From a virus, in IMG/VR virus record IMGVR_UViG_3300042260_000483, positions 22,090 through 86,089 of that record: 64,000 bases of DNA. One strand, 5' to 3'. Numbering within the stretch: position 1 is the first letter of the stretch; the number at the start of each line of letters is the position of its first letter. Position numbers and translations under genes: made by a program. The notes beneath the pieces are model-generated. The model made no database searches. It was not told where the DNA came from and saw only the letters and a list, made by a program, of their open reading frames with translations. Shown piece after piece: positions 18,802 through 27,830 of the stretch.

Positions 18802-19362
18802 TTAAAATGGTCCGTTATATGGAAGCTGTTCACCACTTTCAGTATAAGCAAATCCATCATAAATACTAACTTTACTTTTTGGTTCTTTCATTTTTATACT
18901 AATCGATAATACCGATGGTTTACCATTTGGTAATTCGTAGTGTAGTATTCTAATGAATTTTTCTAAACCTTTGACAATTCTTTCCGTAGATACTTTATGA
19001 AAATCTGCCATTTTTTGAATAGATTTGTTATTCTTTTCTAAATGTTTCATAAAATCTCTTTTAGCATCAGCATCTTTTACGATTTTTTGAGTTGCCTCAT
19101 TTACTGATTCATTTCTTCCAAAATAAGAATGTTCGTAATGTTCTAACCCATATTTTCGAATTGTATCATCGTCCAATAAACGAGAATTTACTGTCCCTAA
19201 TCTTTTACCTTTGTAATAGACAGACCAGTTTCCTTGTGGAGATGCATCGACAGTGATATTTTTTAAATCTTTAATACCTCTATCGTGAATTTGGATAGCA
19301 TCTAAAAACTTAGCTGCCTTTGGAGTTAAACTCACTTCGTTTAAAATATCTTGTAATTTCAT
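18802..19362 (-). CDS. Two-module protein with MKLQDILNE leader and internal ESVNE
   Basis: ORF on the coding strand. Confidence 0.7.
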   Translation of the reverse strand: MKLQDILNEVSLTPKAAKFLDAIQIHDRGIKDLKNITVDASPQGNWSVYYKGKRLGTVNSRLLDDDTIRKYGLEHYEHSYFGRNESVNEATQKIVKDADAKRDFMKHLEKNNKSIQKMADFHKVSTERIVKGLEKFIRILHYELPNGKPSVLSISIKMKEPKSKVSIYDGFAYTESGEQLPYNGPF

Positions 19363-19381
19363 ATTAATTCCTTTATTATAC

Positions 19382-19390
19382 TATAAATAT
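19382..19390 (-). promoter_or_regulatory. Putative late-promoter motif ATATTTATA
   Basis: Recurrent motif heading the leader-peptide gene array. Confidence 0.55.
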
Positions 19391-19393
19391 AAA

Positions 19394-19756
19394 TTAAACA
19401 AACTTTACCCAATTTTCTTCTTCATTATATGCCTGAATCTCATATGGATGGTTATTATATCCATATCCCATTTTATAATATCTAGTCATCCAAGAGGGAG
19501 ATTGTAAGTAGTGTTGGTATTCGTGAACCATTGTTCTGATTAAAACCTCTGGAGATGGTATATTCTTCCAATACACCACAATTTCATTCATCATTGAACA
19601 ATACTCACCGATTAAATCAGGATCATCCGCATCATCATAAGGTGAATCTTCAAATACTACATATGGAATTGAGTGTTGATGATTGGATTCACCATAATGT
19701 TTGGTAATTTTTTCATAGACTTCAAACACTAATTTTTGTATTTCTTTTTGGGTCAT
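19394..19756 (-). CDS. HExxH zinc metallopeptidase-like protein
   Basis: VHEYQHYLQ...HPYEIQA; start MTQKE lies downstream of the promoter. Confidence 0.7.
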   Translation of the reverse strand: MTQKEIQKLVFEVYEKITKHYGESNHQHSIPYVVFEDSPYDDADDPDLIGEYCSMMNEIVVYWKNIPSPEVLIRTMVHEYQHYLQSPSWMTRYYKMGYGYNNHPYEIQAYNEEENWVKFV

Positions 19757-19775
19757 ATCTCTCATTCTTATAGAG

Positions 19776-19807
19776 CTAATATACAACTATTTTATGGATT
19801 TTCCAAA
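19776..19807 (-). promoter_or_regulatory. Promoter TTTG-N20-TATATTAG
   Basis: Recurrent motif. Confidence 0.7.
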
Positions 19808-19833
19808 TATTTTACCACTTATTTTTGGGCAAT

Positions 19834-19860
19834 AAAAAACCCATTGAAAATCAATGGGTT
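19834..19860 (-). terminator. Intrinsic terminator
   Basis: AACCCATTGA-AAA-TCAATGGGTT stem plus T-tract. Confidence 0.75.
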
Positions 19861-19878
19861 ATATATTATATTGTTTTT

Positions 19879-20502
19879 TTAACTTTTTAAGAATATTGAG
19901 ATGTATCCTGATAAACGATTACAACGTTCGATCAAAAATGATTTTTGTTCTATTGTTAGTTTCTTTGATGTTAGATAATCAATCCCCAATGTTCCAATGC
20001 AAATTTCAGTTTTAATATCGAATAAACCAACTGCGTATGTTGCTTTAGCACCACTTGCAACTGCTGCTTCTTTCAATCCAAATGTTGCTTGAGTTGGGTC
20101 TTCAAAATTAGATATGAATATATGACCGGAATTTAAAATTTCCTCATTTGATTTTAGGAAAAGTGATACGGGTATATTGGTAAATGTTGGGGCTATTTTT
20201 GAAACACCATTTTTGGTAGATTCATACATTATTGAAAATTTTTGGATAGATTTGTTTGAATGTAAGAAATGTCCACCATTGTGAAACATTGATACCCAAA
20301 TTCTATCTGCATTGAGATATTCTCTAATATCTTCAATATCTTCATCTATAATTTTAGCAGATTCTAACTCATTACGAATCGGGTCTGGCATTACATCTTT
20401 TTTAAGTTTAACGCGAACCCACTCTAATGTTGCCGGACCTACTACTGCGGTAATTAATGCTATTACGACTGTTGTGATTGTTTCCATATATTTTAATTCC
20501 AT
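19879..20502 (-). CDS. TM-anchored GAF-like protein (T4 holin T-like architecture)
   Basis: N-terminal TM; LNADRIWVSMFHNG...IGTLGIDY. Confidence 0.55.
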   Translation of the reverse strand: MELKYMETITTVVIALITAVVGPATLEWVRVKLKKDVMPDPIRNELESAKIIDEDIEDIREYLNADRIWVSMFHNGGHFLHSNKSIQKFSIMYESTKNGVSKIAPTFTNIPVSLFLKSNEEILNSGHIFISNFEDPTQATFGLKEAAVASGAKATYAVGLFDIKTEICIGTLGIDYLTSKKLTIEQKSFLIERCNRLSGYISIFLKS

Positions 20503-20513
20503 ATCTAACCCAC

Positions 20514-20813
20514 TTATTTGGAGTTATTATCATAGTAACCTGTATTGGCTTGGTTAATAAAATTTTGTGACTGGGATATATGGTCTTGTATCCATGCGGG
20601 GATATCTGTTTCCGTTTCTCCTATTTTTTCTTTTAACTCTGTTGCGTTTTTTATAATATCATCTAAAAGAGAGTGTCCCATAAATACTTCATGGTCTTCC
20701 TCTTCTTTCAATGGTTTAAATGCGGTATGGTATGGATTCGAATATACTTTACCTAATTCGATATTCTTACCTTCCCACTTATTTTTACTCATTATATTTC
20801 TTAAACTTATCAT
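20514..20813 (-). CDS. Hypothetical putative head protein (PLKE-EEDHEV)
   Basis: ORF with leader-like MISLRNIM. Confidence 0.65.
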   Translation of the reverse strand: MISLRNIMSKNKWEGKNIELGKVYSNPYHTAFKPLKEEEDHEVFMGHSLLDDIIKNATELKEKIGETETDIPAWIQDHISQSQNFINQANTGYYDNNSK

Positions 20814-20828
20814 TTTAATATTACTTAA

Positions 20829-22079
20829 TTAGACAAATATTCTTACGGAAAGAATTACATCATTACCGATTTTTAAATTATTTATTTTATGCTTTTCTAA
20901 ATCGTAAGATGGATTACCTATTGTGTTTGCTTTTGCAATTACACCATTCTTAATAAAATGTGGTTGTAGTCCAGAGTAATTATCATCTCTAAATATGAAT
21001 ACATCCGTTGGATTTTCTTTTGAGATTTTAATTATTTTCATCAAACCTTGTTTACCAATGAAACACCCACCTTCACATTTAGTTCCACCATAAGTTTTAC
21101 CTTTTTGGAATGCTTCGTTTACTGATTCGTTTCTTTTATCTAATGAAAAATATATTTGATTTTTAACTTTTTGAAATGAATTAACTGCTGCGGTATTATT
21201 ACCAATGAATCCCATATTCAATCCAATTTCAGATGAACGAACACCTTTTTTGGCTAATGTCATAATTTGTTTTGCAACATCTTTTGATAAAATTTCTTTG
21301 GGAGTTTCTACGTGAATCAGATGTTTTAATGATTCGTTTACTGATTCTTTGATTACAACGATTCCGTTTTCATCACCTCTCTTAGCAGTTTTGATACCGG
21401 CTTCGATTGAATCTAATTTATGTCTAACTTTAGTTGGTGAACTTACTTTTCCTGATGGGTCAGTTCTAGTCAATGTTGCAGTGGTATCATCCATATCAAC
21501 AATCTTATAGTATTTACCACCATCAATTCCTTTTAAACGAGTAAACCCTTGTCCTTTAATAACCGAACCTATTTTTAAATCAGTTGGATATTTTACTTCG
21601 TTTACGGATTCTTCAAACTCACCCTTCATATCTTTGTGTGCTTGTCTTGCTGCAGCACCACCCACTATTCTTGATGCGGGGTCTGCGTTTTTCAAAGCAG
21701 CAATCACACTAATTTGTTTTTGTAGTAAATTGTTATATAATTCAACGTATTCTTCTTTGGAAACTAATTTATTTTTCAACAAACTTAATATAAGTGCAGG
21801 TTCTTTAGTACGAATTCTATGGTCTTGTTGAATAGTTCCGTTTAATCTAGCCAAATCATTAGCAACAACTATCATCTTTTGCATTTTCTTACCATACATA
21901 GGATTACCTTTACCTGGTACTTTTGCATATGCCATTGCCAAATCTAATATTTGAACTGGTGTCATATTTCTCTTAGTATATTGCTCACTACCTAAGTTAT
22001 ATGATGCTTCTGTTAGAGATTGTTTAAATTTTTCTCTAATTGTTTCTTTTATTGCCGATTTTACTTGTGATAACTTCAT
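20829..22079 (-). CDS. Putative polyprotein with three ESVNE linkers
   Basis: EESVNEV, KESVNES and NESVNEA separate unrelated modules of about 70-130 aa. Confidence 0.7.
   Translation of the reverse strand: MKLSQVKSAIKETIREKFKQSLTEASYNLGSEQYTKRNMTPVQILDLAMAYAKVPGKGNPMYGKKMQKMIVVANDLARLNGTIQQDHRIRTKEPALILSLLKNKLVSKEEYVELYNNLLQKQISVIAALKNADPASRIVGGAAARQAHKDMKGEFEESVNEVKYPTDLKIGSVIKGQGFTRLKGIDGGKYYKIVDMDDTTATLTRTDPSGKVSSPTKVRHKLDSIEAGIKTAKRGDENGIVVIKESVNESLKHLIHVETPKEILSKDVAKQIMTLAKKGVRSSEIGLNMGFIGNNTAAVNSFQKVKNQIYFSLDKRNESVNEAFQKGKTYGGTKCEGGCFIGKQGLMKIIKISKENPTDVFIFRDDNYSGLQPHFIKNGVIAKANTIGNPSYDLEKHKINNLKIGNDVILSVRIFV
21114..21611. repeat. Dispersed 15-bp repeat TTCGTTTAC(T/G)GATTC encoding ESVNE
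   Basis: Copies at 21114-21128 and 21333-21347 (identical) and 21597-21611 (1 mismatch); related copies at 19096-19110 and 14418-14432. Confidence 0.75.
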
Positions 22080-22114
22080 AATTTGTTCCTTTGTATTCTC
22101 TATATTTTAACTTA

Positions 22115-22123
22115 TATAAATAT
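22115..22123 (-). promoter_or_regulatory. Putative late-promoter motif ATATTTATA
   Basis: Recurrent motif. Confidence 0.55.
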
Positions 22124-22143
22124 AGAAATGTTTATTTATAGGT

Positions 22144-22713
22144 TTATTTACCTAACAATTTTTTAATATTATCGTAGATATATTCATTACCTTTATCAGT
22201 TAAATGATTGGTATAGCCTCGATGTTTTAAAAATATTTCTTCGAATTTGATTACTTTATCTGAATAAAATGAATCAAAGAAGGTTATATGTGTTGCTGAT
22301 GGGATTTCTTTGTATATCTTATCAAAAATCAAATCATTAATAAATACAAAATAATCTGCGTAAAATATTTCAGAATAAAAATCATATGCAGTTTTCATTA
22401 TTGGATTTTCTAAATGTTCTTTGACATCTGAAAAGATAATATCACAATCATTATGAAGTGAATCACCCTTATGAATAGGATGTTCTTCGATTGGTATTCT
22501 GTATGCTGATGTATGTGATACAATTATATGGTCATAGTTTTTGGGATTCACCGATTGTAATTGTAAATACAATTTATATTCACTAACTCCTGCTTGTGCT
22601 AAATTAGTTACATCGTAATCAAATTCTAATTTATTTACCCAACCCAACGAGTTTGATTTACTACTCCAATCAGCAGCAAAACTATCTCCAATTATTAAGA
22701 GTGTTTCTTTCAT
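22144..22713 (-). CDS. SGNH-like protein
   Basis: IIGDSFA, NLAQAGVS and NHLT..GN. Confidence 0.65.
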   Translation of the reverse strand: MKETLLIIGDSFAADWSSKSNSLGWVNKLEFDYDVTNLAQAGVSEYKLYLQLQSVNPKNYDHIIVSHTSAYRIPIEEHPIHKGDSLHNDCDIIFSDVKEHLENPIMKTAYDFYSEIFYADYFVFINDLIFDKIYKEIPSATHITFFDSFYSDKVIKFEEIFLKHRGYTNHLTDKGNEYIYDNIKKLLGK

Positions 22714-23488
22714 CTATGTAACTTTTTAGTATTTCAAATATTTTATTATGGCCATTTAACGATGGGTGTAATTCTTTCATAGTTGGTGGTAATGGAAATT
22801 TATCAATCCACTTAAATTCATCATGAATTATGTTTTTATTTTCAATTAAATATTTTTCAACTAAAATATTAGTTTCATCGTTTAGTAGAGGAAATTTTAC
22901 AATATGTTTTTCTAAAAATTGTAAATTTATATTGGTAAAATCTAAAACATCTCTCCAAATTAGTATTGAAAATTTTATATGTGAATTTGCATTTATAAAA
23001 TCGTTGAGTTTTATAAAAACTGCATTCATAAATTCACGCGGATTATAGTTTATAATCCATTCGATAATTTTGTTTTTTATTTCGGTATTATCATTTTTAT
23101 TATTAGTTAAAAATGATTCAATTTCAGATGGTGTTCTTGGTATTTTTTCTGATGCAGTAGAATTAGCATGAAAAAATCTATCAAAGTAGTTGTAAATGCC
23201 AGATAATTCAAATACTATGTATTCAACATCAGATAAATCTTCTTGTGAAAGTAAATATAACGCTTCTGCAGGAGAACCACCTGCTCTAGAGAGATTTATT
23301 TCTTCAACATTTAAATATTTTGAAAGTTGTTTTGAAAATCGATTTTCTTCTATGAATATGGTATCTTCGATGCTAGGGTCGAATGGAAATCGGAAATCTA
23401 TATTTTCTTCAAATTCATATACATCTCTAAACCAATGTAACCCAACCCCATGTGTATTTGATGCTCCTAAAAATATTGCTTTTTTCAT
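22682..23488 (-). CDS. SGNH-like protein
   Basis: FLGASNTHG, NLSRAGGS and HPS..GH. Confidence 0.65.
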   Translation of the reverse strand: MKKAIFLGASNTHGVGLHWFRDVYEFEENIDFRFPFDPSIEDTIFIEENRFSKQLSKYLNVEEINLSRAGGSPAEALYLLSQEDLSDVEYIVFELSGIYNYFDRFFHANSTASEKIPRTPSEIESFLTNNKNDNTEIKNKIIEWIINYNPREFMNAVFIKLNDFINANSHIKFSILIWRDVLDFTNINLQFLEKHIVKFPLLNDETNILVEKYLIENKNIIHDEFKWIDKFPLPPTMKELHPSLNGHNKIFEILKSYIDERNTLNNWR

Positions 23489-23519
23489 TATAAACGTAAC
23501 TATCTTTTATTTAAGTATA

Positions 23520-24953
23520 TTATAAATTAATTTTTGATCCAATAATAAATGAATTTATCAATGGTAACATTTCATTTGTGGATTTTATACCCGTCCAATT
23601 GAAATTTACTATAAAACGTTTGGTTAATTGTATAGTAAACCCGTTTGATGATATAAACATAACATCTCCATTAAATTCTTGCATTTGATTTACTGCGTTA
23701 ACGGGTGTGTTGGTTACGATAAAAGCTGGAGAATATGTTATGTTCTTTCCTACTTTAAATGAGTTTGTGTATAATGCATTCCAACCAATTGTATATGTTC
23801 CATAATCCAACATTTCACCCCATACTGCAGAACCATTGAATCCAATACCAAATGTTCCTTTTCTACCACTCATTGGTTCTATCCAACTCATTGATATCGA
23901 TGTTGCATTTGTGCCGAAATTGTTTGAGTATGATGCTGAAATAGATTCAATCCCACTTACTTTATAATCAGATGTCATATAAATTTTAGCAGTTGATGCG
24001 GATAAACTGAATTGTCTTAGGTTAGACCAAATCATTGTTCCTGCGTTATAACTTCTATCACCAAATATTGATGATTTAGATACCCCAACGGAAAGAACTG
24101 CATCGATTCCACCTGTTAAACTTTGCATACCAATCATATCACCACTTACCATCATTGGTGGTGCAGATGCACGTTTTTGTTGTTTTTCTTTTTTCTTATC
24201 TTCTTTTTTCTTATCGTCTTCTTTCTTTTTCTCTTCCTTAGTTTCCTCTTTTTTCTCTTCCTTTTTTTCTTCTTTAGTTTCCGATTTAGATTCTTCTTTC
24301 TTTTCCTCACTCTTACTTTCAGATTTACTTTCTGATTTAGATTCGGATTTAGTTTCACTCTTCGTTTCCGATTTTGAAGATGAACTACCCTCACTTTGTG
24401 ACGAAGATGAAGAAGAATTACCCTCACTTTGTGACGAAGATGAAGAAGAACTACTACTTGATGAAGATGATGAACTACCCCCACTTTGTGCAGGAGGTGG
24501 TGAAGAACTATTACTTGCAGGTGGTGGAGGTGGTGGTGTATTAACTACCGGAACTGATGGAATGTTTGAAGTTGCAGATGCTGCTTGAGATGCAGCACTT
24601 GCAGCCTGTGATGCTGCTTGAGATGCGGTTTGAGCTGCTTGTTGTGCTTGTTGTGCAGTTTGTTGGGCTTGTTGTGCTTGTTGAGTTGCAACCGAACATG
24701 GTGAAAGTGCATACCACCAATTATAAGTTTCGGTTAACCACATTTGAAGTGTTCCGTTTGTAACTTCTTGTTGAGTAAATACTCTAATTCGATTATAAAA
24801 TGCAACGGTTGCTCTACCATTTACAAATGTTGCCGTAACTACCTTTACATCACCCGTGCATCTATCAACAAAGGTTTGAGTGAACGTAGTTTGACCGTAT
24901 CCACTCAAACCTATGAAGGTTAGTAGTAATATGAATAATAATTTTTTTATCAC
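23520..24953 (-). CDS. Secreted/outer-membrane protein with low-complexity stalk and C-terminal beta-barrel-like domain
   Basis: Signal peptide, Q/A, P, S and E/K tracts, amphipathic beta strands ending GSKINL. Confidence 0.6.
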   Translation of the reverse strand: MIKKLLFILLLTFIGLSGYGQTTFTQTFVDRCTGDVKVVTATFVNGRATVAFYNRIRVFTQQEVTNGTLQMWLTETYNWWYALSPCSVATQQAQQAQQTAQQAQQAAQTASQAASQAASAASQAASATSNIPSVPVVNTPPPPPPASNSSSPPPAQSGGSSSSSSSSSSSSSSSQSEGNSSSSSSQSEGSSSSKSETKSETKSESKSESKSESKSEEKKEESKSETKEEKKEEKKEETKEEKKKEDDKKKEDKKKEKQQKRASAPPMMVSGDMIGMQSLTGGIDAVLSVGVSKSSIFGDRSYNAGTMIWSNLRQFSLSASTAKIYMTSDYKVSGIESISASYSNNFGTNATSISMSWIEPMSGRKGTFGIGFNGSAVWGEMLDYGTYTIGWNALYTNSFKVGKNITYSPAFIVTNTPVNAVNQMQEFNGDVMFISSNGFTIQLTKRFIVNFNWTGIKSTNEMLPLINSFIIGSKINL

Positions 24954-24955
24954 AT

Positions 24956-25672
24956 TTAGTTAGGAAATACACCTTTTTTAATTAATCTACTTACAATGCG
25001 TGCAGATGCAGTTTCTAATGCTTTACGAGTAGTTACTCCGATTGCAGATTGTCTAAATTTAATTTCTTCAACATCTAACCCCAATAATCCTTCTTGAGTT
25101 TTGACTGTATTTGCTTCACCTAATCCAGAACCTACGAAATAAGTTCCATCAATTGCATTAGTGAAACGAACCTGAAGACCTAAACGAGTTGTTTGAGTTT
25201 GTTTAGAACCTTCCTTTAAAGAAAGAACTTCATCCTCTGATACTGAAAAATCATAAATTTCAATTGTGACAAAATAATTTGCTAATTTGATTTTACCAAA
25301 CCCATAAACCTCATTTTCGGATACACCTTTCTTAGATGCTTTCCATTGGTCTTTCATTCTGTTTTTAATTTCAGATTTTTCTTCTACGAATTGAAATCTG
25401 TTAGTATATTCTAAATACTCAATTACCATATTAGTTACACCTAATCCAATTCTAGCATCTTTTAAATCTGGCCACATTTGATATACTTCATCTGTTGCGG
25501 AAATGTTTAAGAGAGCAATTGGGATTGGTTTACCATCATAATCCGAAACATCTTCAATTGATTGTTTCTTCTCAAACTCTGATTGATATTTTTCTGCTTT
25601 AATAGTCCCAATCTGTGCAAATGTGATTTGAGTAAATAGTATGCATACTATTACTAATATAAGTTTTTTCAT
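24956..25672 (-). CDS. CsgG/HfaB-family protein
   Basis: Signal peptide; IALLN...GLGVTNMVIEYLEYTNRFQFVEE...ANYFV..IYDFS...LGLQVRF pattern typical of CsgG-like folds. Confidence 0.7.
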   Translation of the reverse strand: MKKLILVIVCILFTQITFAQIGTIKAEKYQSEFEKKQSIEDVSDYDGKPIPIALLNISATDEVYQMWPDLKDARIGLGVTNMVIEYLEYTNRFQFVEEKSEIKNRMKDQWKASKKGVSENEVYGFGKIKLANYFVTIEIYDFSVSEDEVLSLKEGSKQTQTTRLGLQVRFTNAIDGTYFVGSGLGEANTVKTQEGLLGLDVEEIKFRQSAIGVTTRKALETASARIVSRLIKKGVFPN

Positions 25673-25688
25673 GTAGTATCCTTTATTC

Positions 25689-25919
25689 TTAACTATGTGT
25701 ATCTTTTATATCTTTAGGAAGTTTCCAACCTTTTTTATTAGCAACATATGAATACCAACCAGCCAATCCAAAAAATTGAACTAACCATATAATTGGTAAC
25801 CAATATATAGTTCTCATTTGTTCTTCTAAAATAATAAAAAACCCATTTAGATATATTATCATTAACAAGAAAGCCAACCATTGCTGGTTGTCTTTCCAAT
25901 ATTGTAGTAACGTTTTCAT
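25689..25919 (-). CDS. Small two-TM membrane protein
   Basis: Two hydrophobic segments. Confidence 0.6.
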   Translation of the reverse strand: MKTLLQYWKDNQQWLAFLLMIIYLNGFFIILEEQMRTIYWLPIIWLVQFFGLAGWYSYVANKKGWKLPKDIKDTHS

Positions 25920-25924
25920 ATTAA

Positions 25925-26182
25925 TTATCCTAATTCTTCTTCATTAGAATCGGATTCTTTTTTACCACCAAAAACTTTACCAGCCTCAGCGATACCAAAT
26001 GAACCTAATGTGATTATTACAAATGAATTGAAAATAGTATCACTAATTTCCAATGTCTGTCCCATAATACCCGTTACTATATCTGCAGCTGCAAATACTA
26101 CCATTACTGCGAATGATGCGAATCCAACGATTGATTTTTCGTTATATTCATTGTTGTCTTTAAAAATGTCTTTAAATGCCAT
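25925..26182 (-). CDS. Holin-like two-TM protein
   Basis: Two TMs, charged tail, near the endolysin; AAGGAG upstream of MAFKD. Confidence 0.55.
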   Translation of the reverse strand: MAFKDIFKDNNEYNEKSIVGFASFAVMVVFAAADIVTGIMGQTLEISDTIFNSFVIITLGSFGIAEAGKVFGGKKESDSNEEELG

Positions 26183-26256
26183 TATTTGTTTCTCCTTTTT
26201 TTGGTTTACCATAACTCCTCTATGAAACAATTAATACAACCTTTATTTTTTATTTT

Positions 26257-26562
26257 CTACCACTCCTCATCTTCTTTTTCTTTTGGCTTTGGTTTTGCCT
26301 GTGGTTGTGGTTGTGAACCGCTAGATGCAGGAACTGCTTTTTCTTTGATAATCACTGTCTTTCCAGCAGATTGTTGTTGTGTTTGATTTTGTGTAATGTT
26401 AATTACCGGTGCTGCTTGTTGTACCGGAGCTGGTTCTGCATCACCTTCGCCTGTTAATTTGTTAGTGATAAACCCACCTACACCTAATGTAATTGTGCTT
26501 ACTAATCCAATTAAAATACTTTTAATTGATGTTCCTGCTGATTCTTCTTTTTCTTCTGCCAT
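26257..26562 (-). CDS. Single-TM protein with Pro/Gln-rich tail
   Basis: One TM; AAGGAG upstream. Confidence 0.65.
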   Translation of the reverse strand: MAEEKEESAGTSIKSILIGLVSTITLGVGGFITNKLTGEGDAEPAPVQQAAPVINITQNQTQQQSAGKTVIIKEKAVPASSGSQPQPQAKPKPKEKEDEEW

Positions 26563-26575
26563 TTTGATTTTCTCC

Positions 26576-27430
26576 TTATGCTAATAAATGATAATATTCT
26601 TTGAAATGTTTAATTCTATCTGGTAAACCAATTGTTCCACCATTTACTCTTTTTGTGATTTTAGTTACAACTACATCACTTGCACCTTCATCTGCAATCT
26701 TATGTAATCCGTTCTTAGAAAAGAACCATGCTGCTGATGCTAATGCATATTTAGAGGCTACTAAATCTGGGTTGTTTGGAATATCTACACCGATTGATTT
26801 ACCGAATGCAGTATAGTTTTCTTTGCCTGTCAATTGGATATATCCCCTACCTCTGAATTTGTATCCATCTCCACTTGCTTCCGAACCATTTGCCATACGA
26901 TTTGCATAAACTTTGTTTGCAATCTTTTGTGGATTTCGTTGATATGCATTTGCAATTGCATCAGTTGGGAAATATTTTTTAAAGATACCTCTCAATCCCT
27001 TTGCCGAATAATTTAGATTTTCAGATGTTACTTTGAATCCACCACTCTCATGTCCACATTGTGCTAAAAAATGTGCAACTCTTAATGGAGTATTGATTCC
27101 AAACTTAATTGCAACTTCTGGAATTGAATCTATTACTATTTGAGGAACGTGTCCTTTAAGTTTATCCAATTTCAATCCTGCAACTTGCGGGGTTGGAGTT
27201 GATACTACGGGTTGTGGAGTTGCTACGATTGGTTGCGGTGTAGGAGTTGTTCCCATAATCTTACCCCACGTCCCATCACCTACAATACCATCTGCAGTTA
27301 ATCCATTTTTCTTTTGAAATGCTTTTACAGCTTCTTCGGTTTTTGGTCCGAAATTACCTACTGGTTCTAATCCGAGTTTTGTTTGTAATAATTTTACATT
27401 CTCGTTATTATCTCCTTTTTTTAGTAACAT
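26576..27430 (-). CDS. Endolysin: peptidoglycan-binding domain plus GH19 catalytic domain
   Basis: FGPKTEEAVKAFQ..GL..DGIVG; HFLAQCGHESGGF, RGRGYIQLTGKENY and TKRVNGG. Confidence 0.93.
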   Translation of the reverse strand: MLLKKGDNNENVKLLQTKLGLEPVGNFGPKTEEAVKAFQKKNGLTADGIVGDGTWGKIMGTTPTPQPIVATPQPVVSTPTPQVAGLKLDKLKGHVPQIVIDSIPEVAIKFGINTPLRVAHFLAQCGHESGGFKVTSENLNYSAKGLRGIFKKYFPTDAIANAYQRNPQKIANKVYANRMANGSEASGDGYKFRGRGYIQLTGKENYTAFGKSIGVDIPNNPDLVASKYALASAAWFFSKNGLHKIADEGASDVVVTKITKRVNGGTIGLPDRIKHFKEYYHLLA

Positions 27431-27453
27431 AATTTTATTCCTTCATTTTTAAA

Positions 27454-27822
27454 TTATAGTTTGTTAAAATCCGTAACCCCTAATTGTTTACCACTTGCAT
27501 CGAATAATCCAATTCTATATGCAGATGATGGTAATGCAGTTGTATATACTTTAAGCACATTATCTCCTGCTACTACATTCATAGTTTCTTTAGATACTAC
27601 TCTGTTAGCAATATCAAATATTTTTATTGTTACCGAACCTGCCGTTTCAGTTTTCACATTCATTGCAACTTCAGAAGTTACAAATGGTGTTTGTAATTTA
27701 ATACCTACTGAACTTGTCATTTTAAGTTCTTCGGATGCAGATTCCGGCATTGGTATGAAATCTTCTTTACTACATCCTACTAATAAAGTAGTAAATAATA
27801 CTAATATAAATATTTTTTTCAT
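27454..27822 (-). CDS. Lipoprotein with T9SS C-terminal-domain-like Ig fold
   Basis: LVGC lipobox; VTIKIFDIANRVV...GDN...LPSSAYRI. Confidence 0.6.
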   Translation of the reverse strand: MKKIFILVLFTTLLVGCSKEDFIPMPESASEELKMTSSVGIKLQTPFVTSEVAMNVKTETAGSVTIKIFDIANRVVSKETMNVVAGDNVLKVYTTALPSSAYRIGLFDASGKQLGVTDFNKL

Positions 27823-27830
27823 CGGTTCTC

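Noticed and set aside
24180-24690. Direct repeats such as ACCCTCACTTTGTGACGAAGATGAAGAAGAA, considered as a CRISPR array or DGR
   Set aside because: In-frame low-complexity coding repeats (SSSSQSEG, KKEE, AQQ) with no unique spacers and no reverse transcriptase
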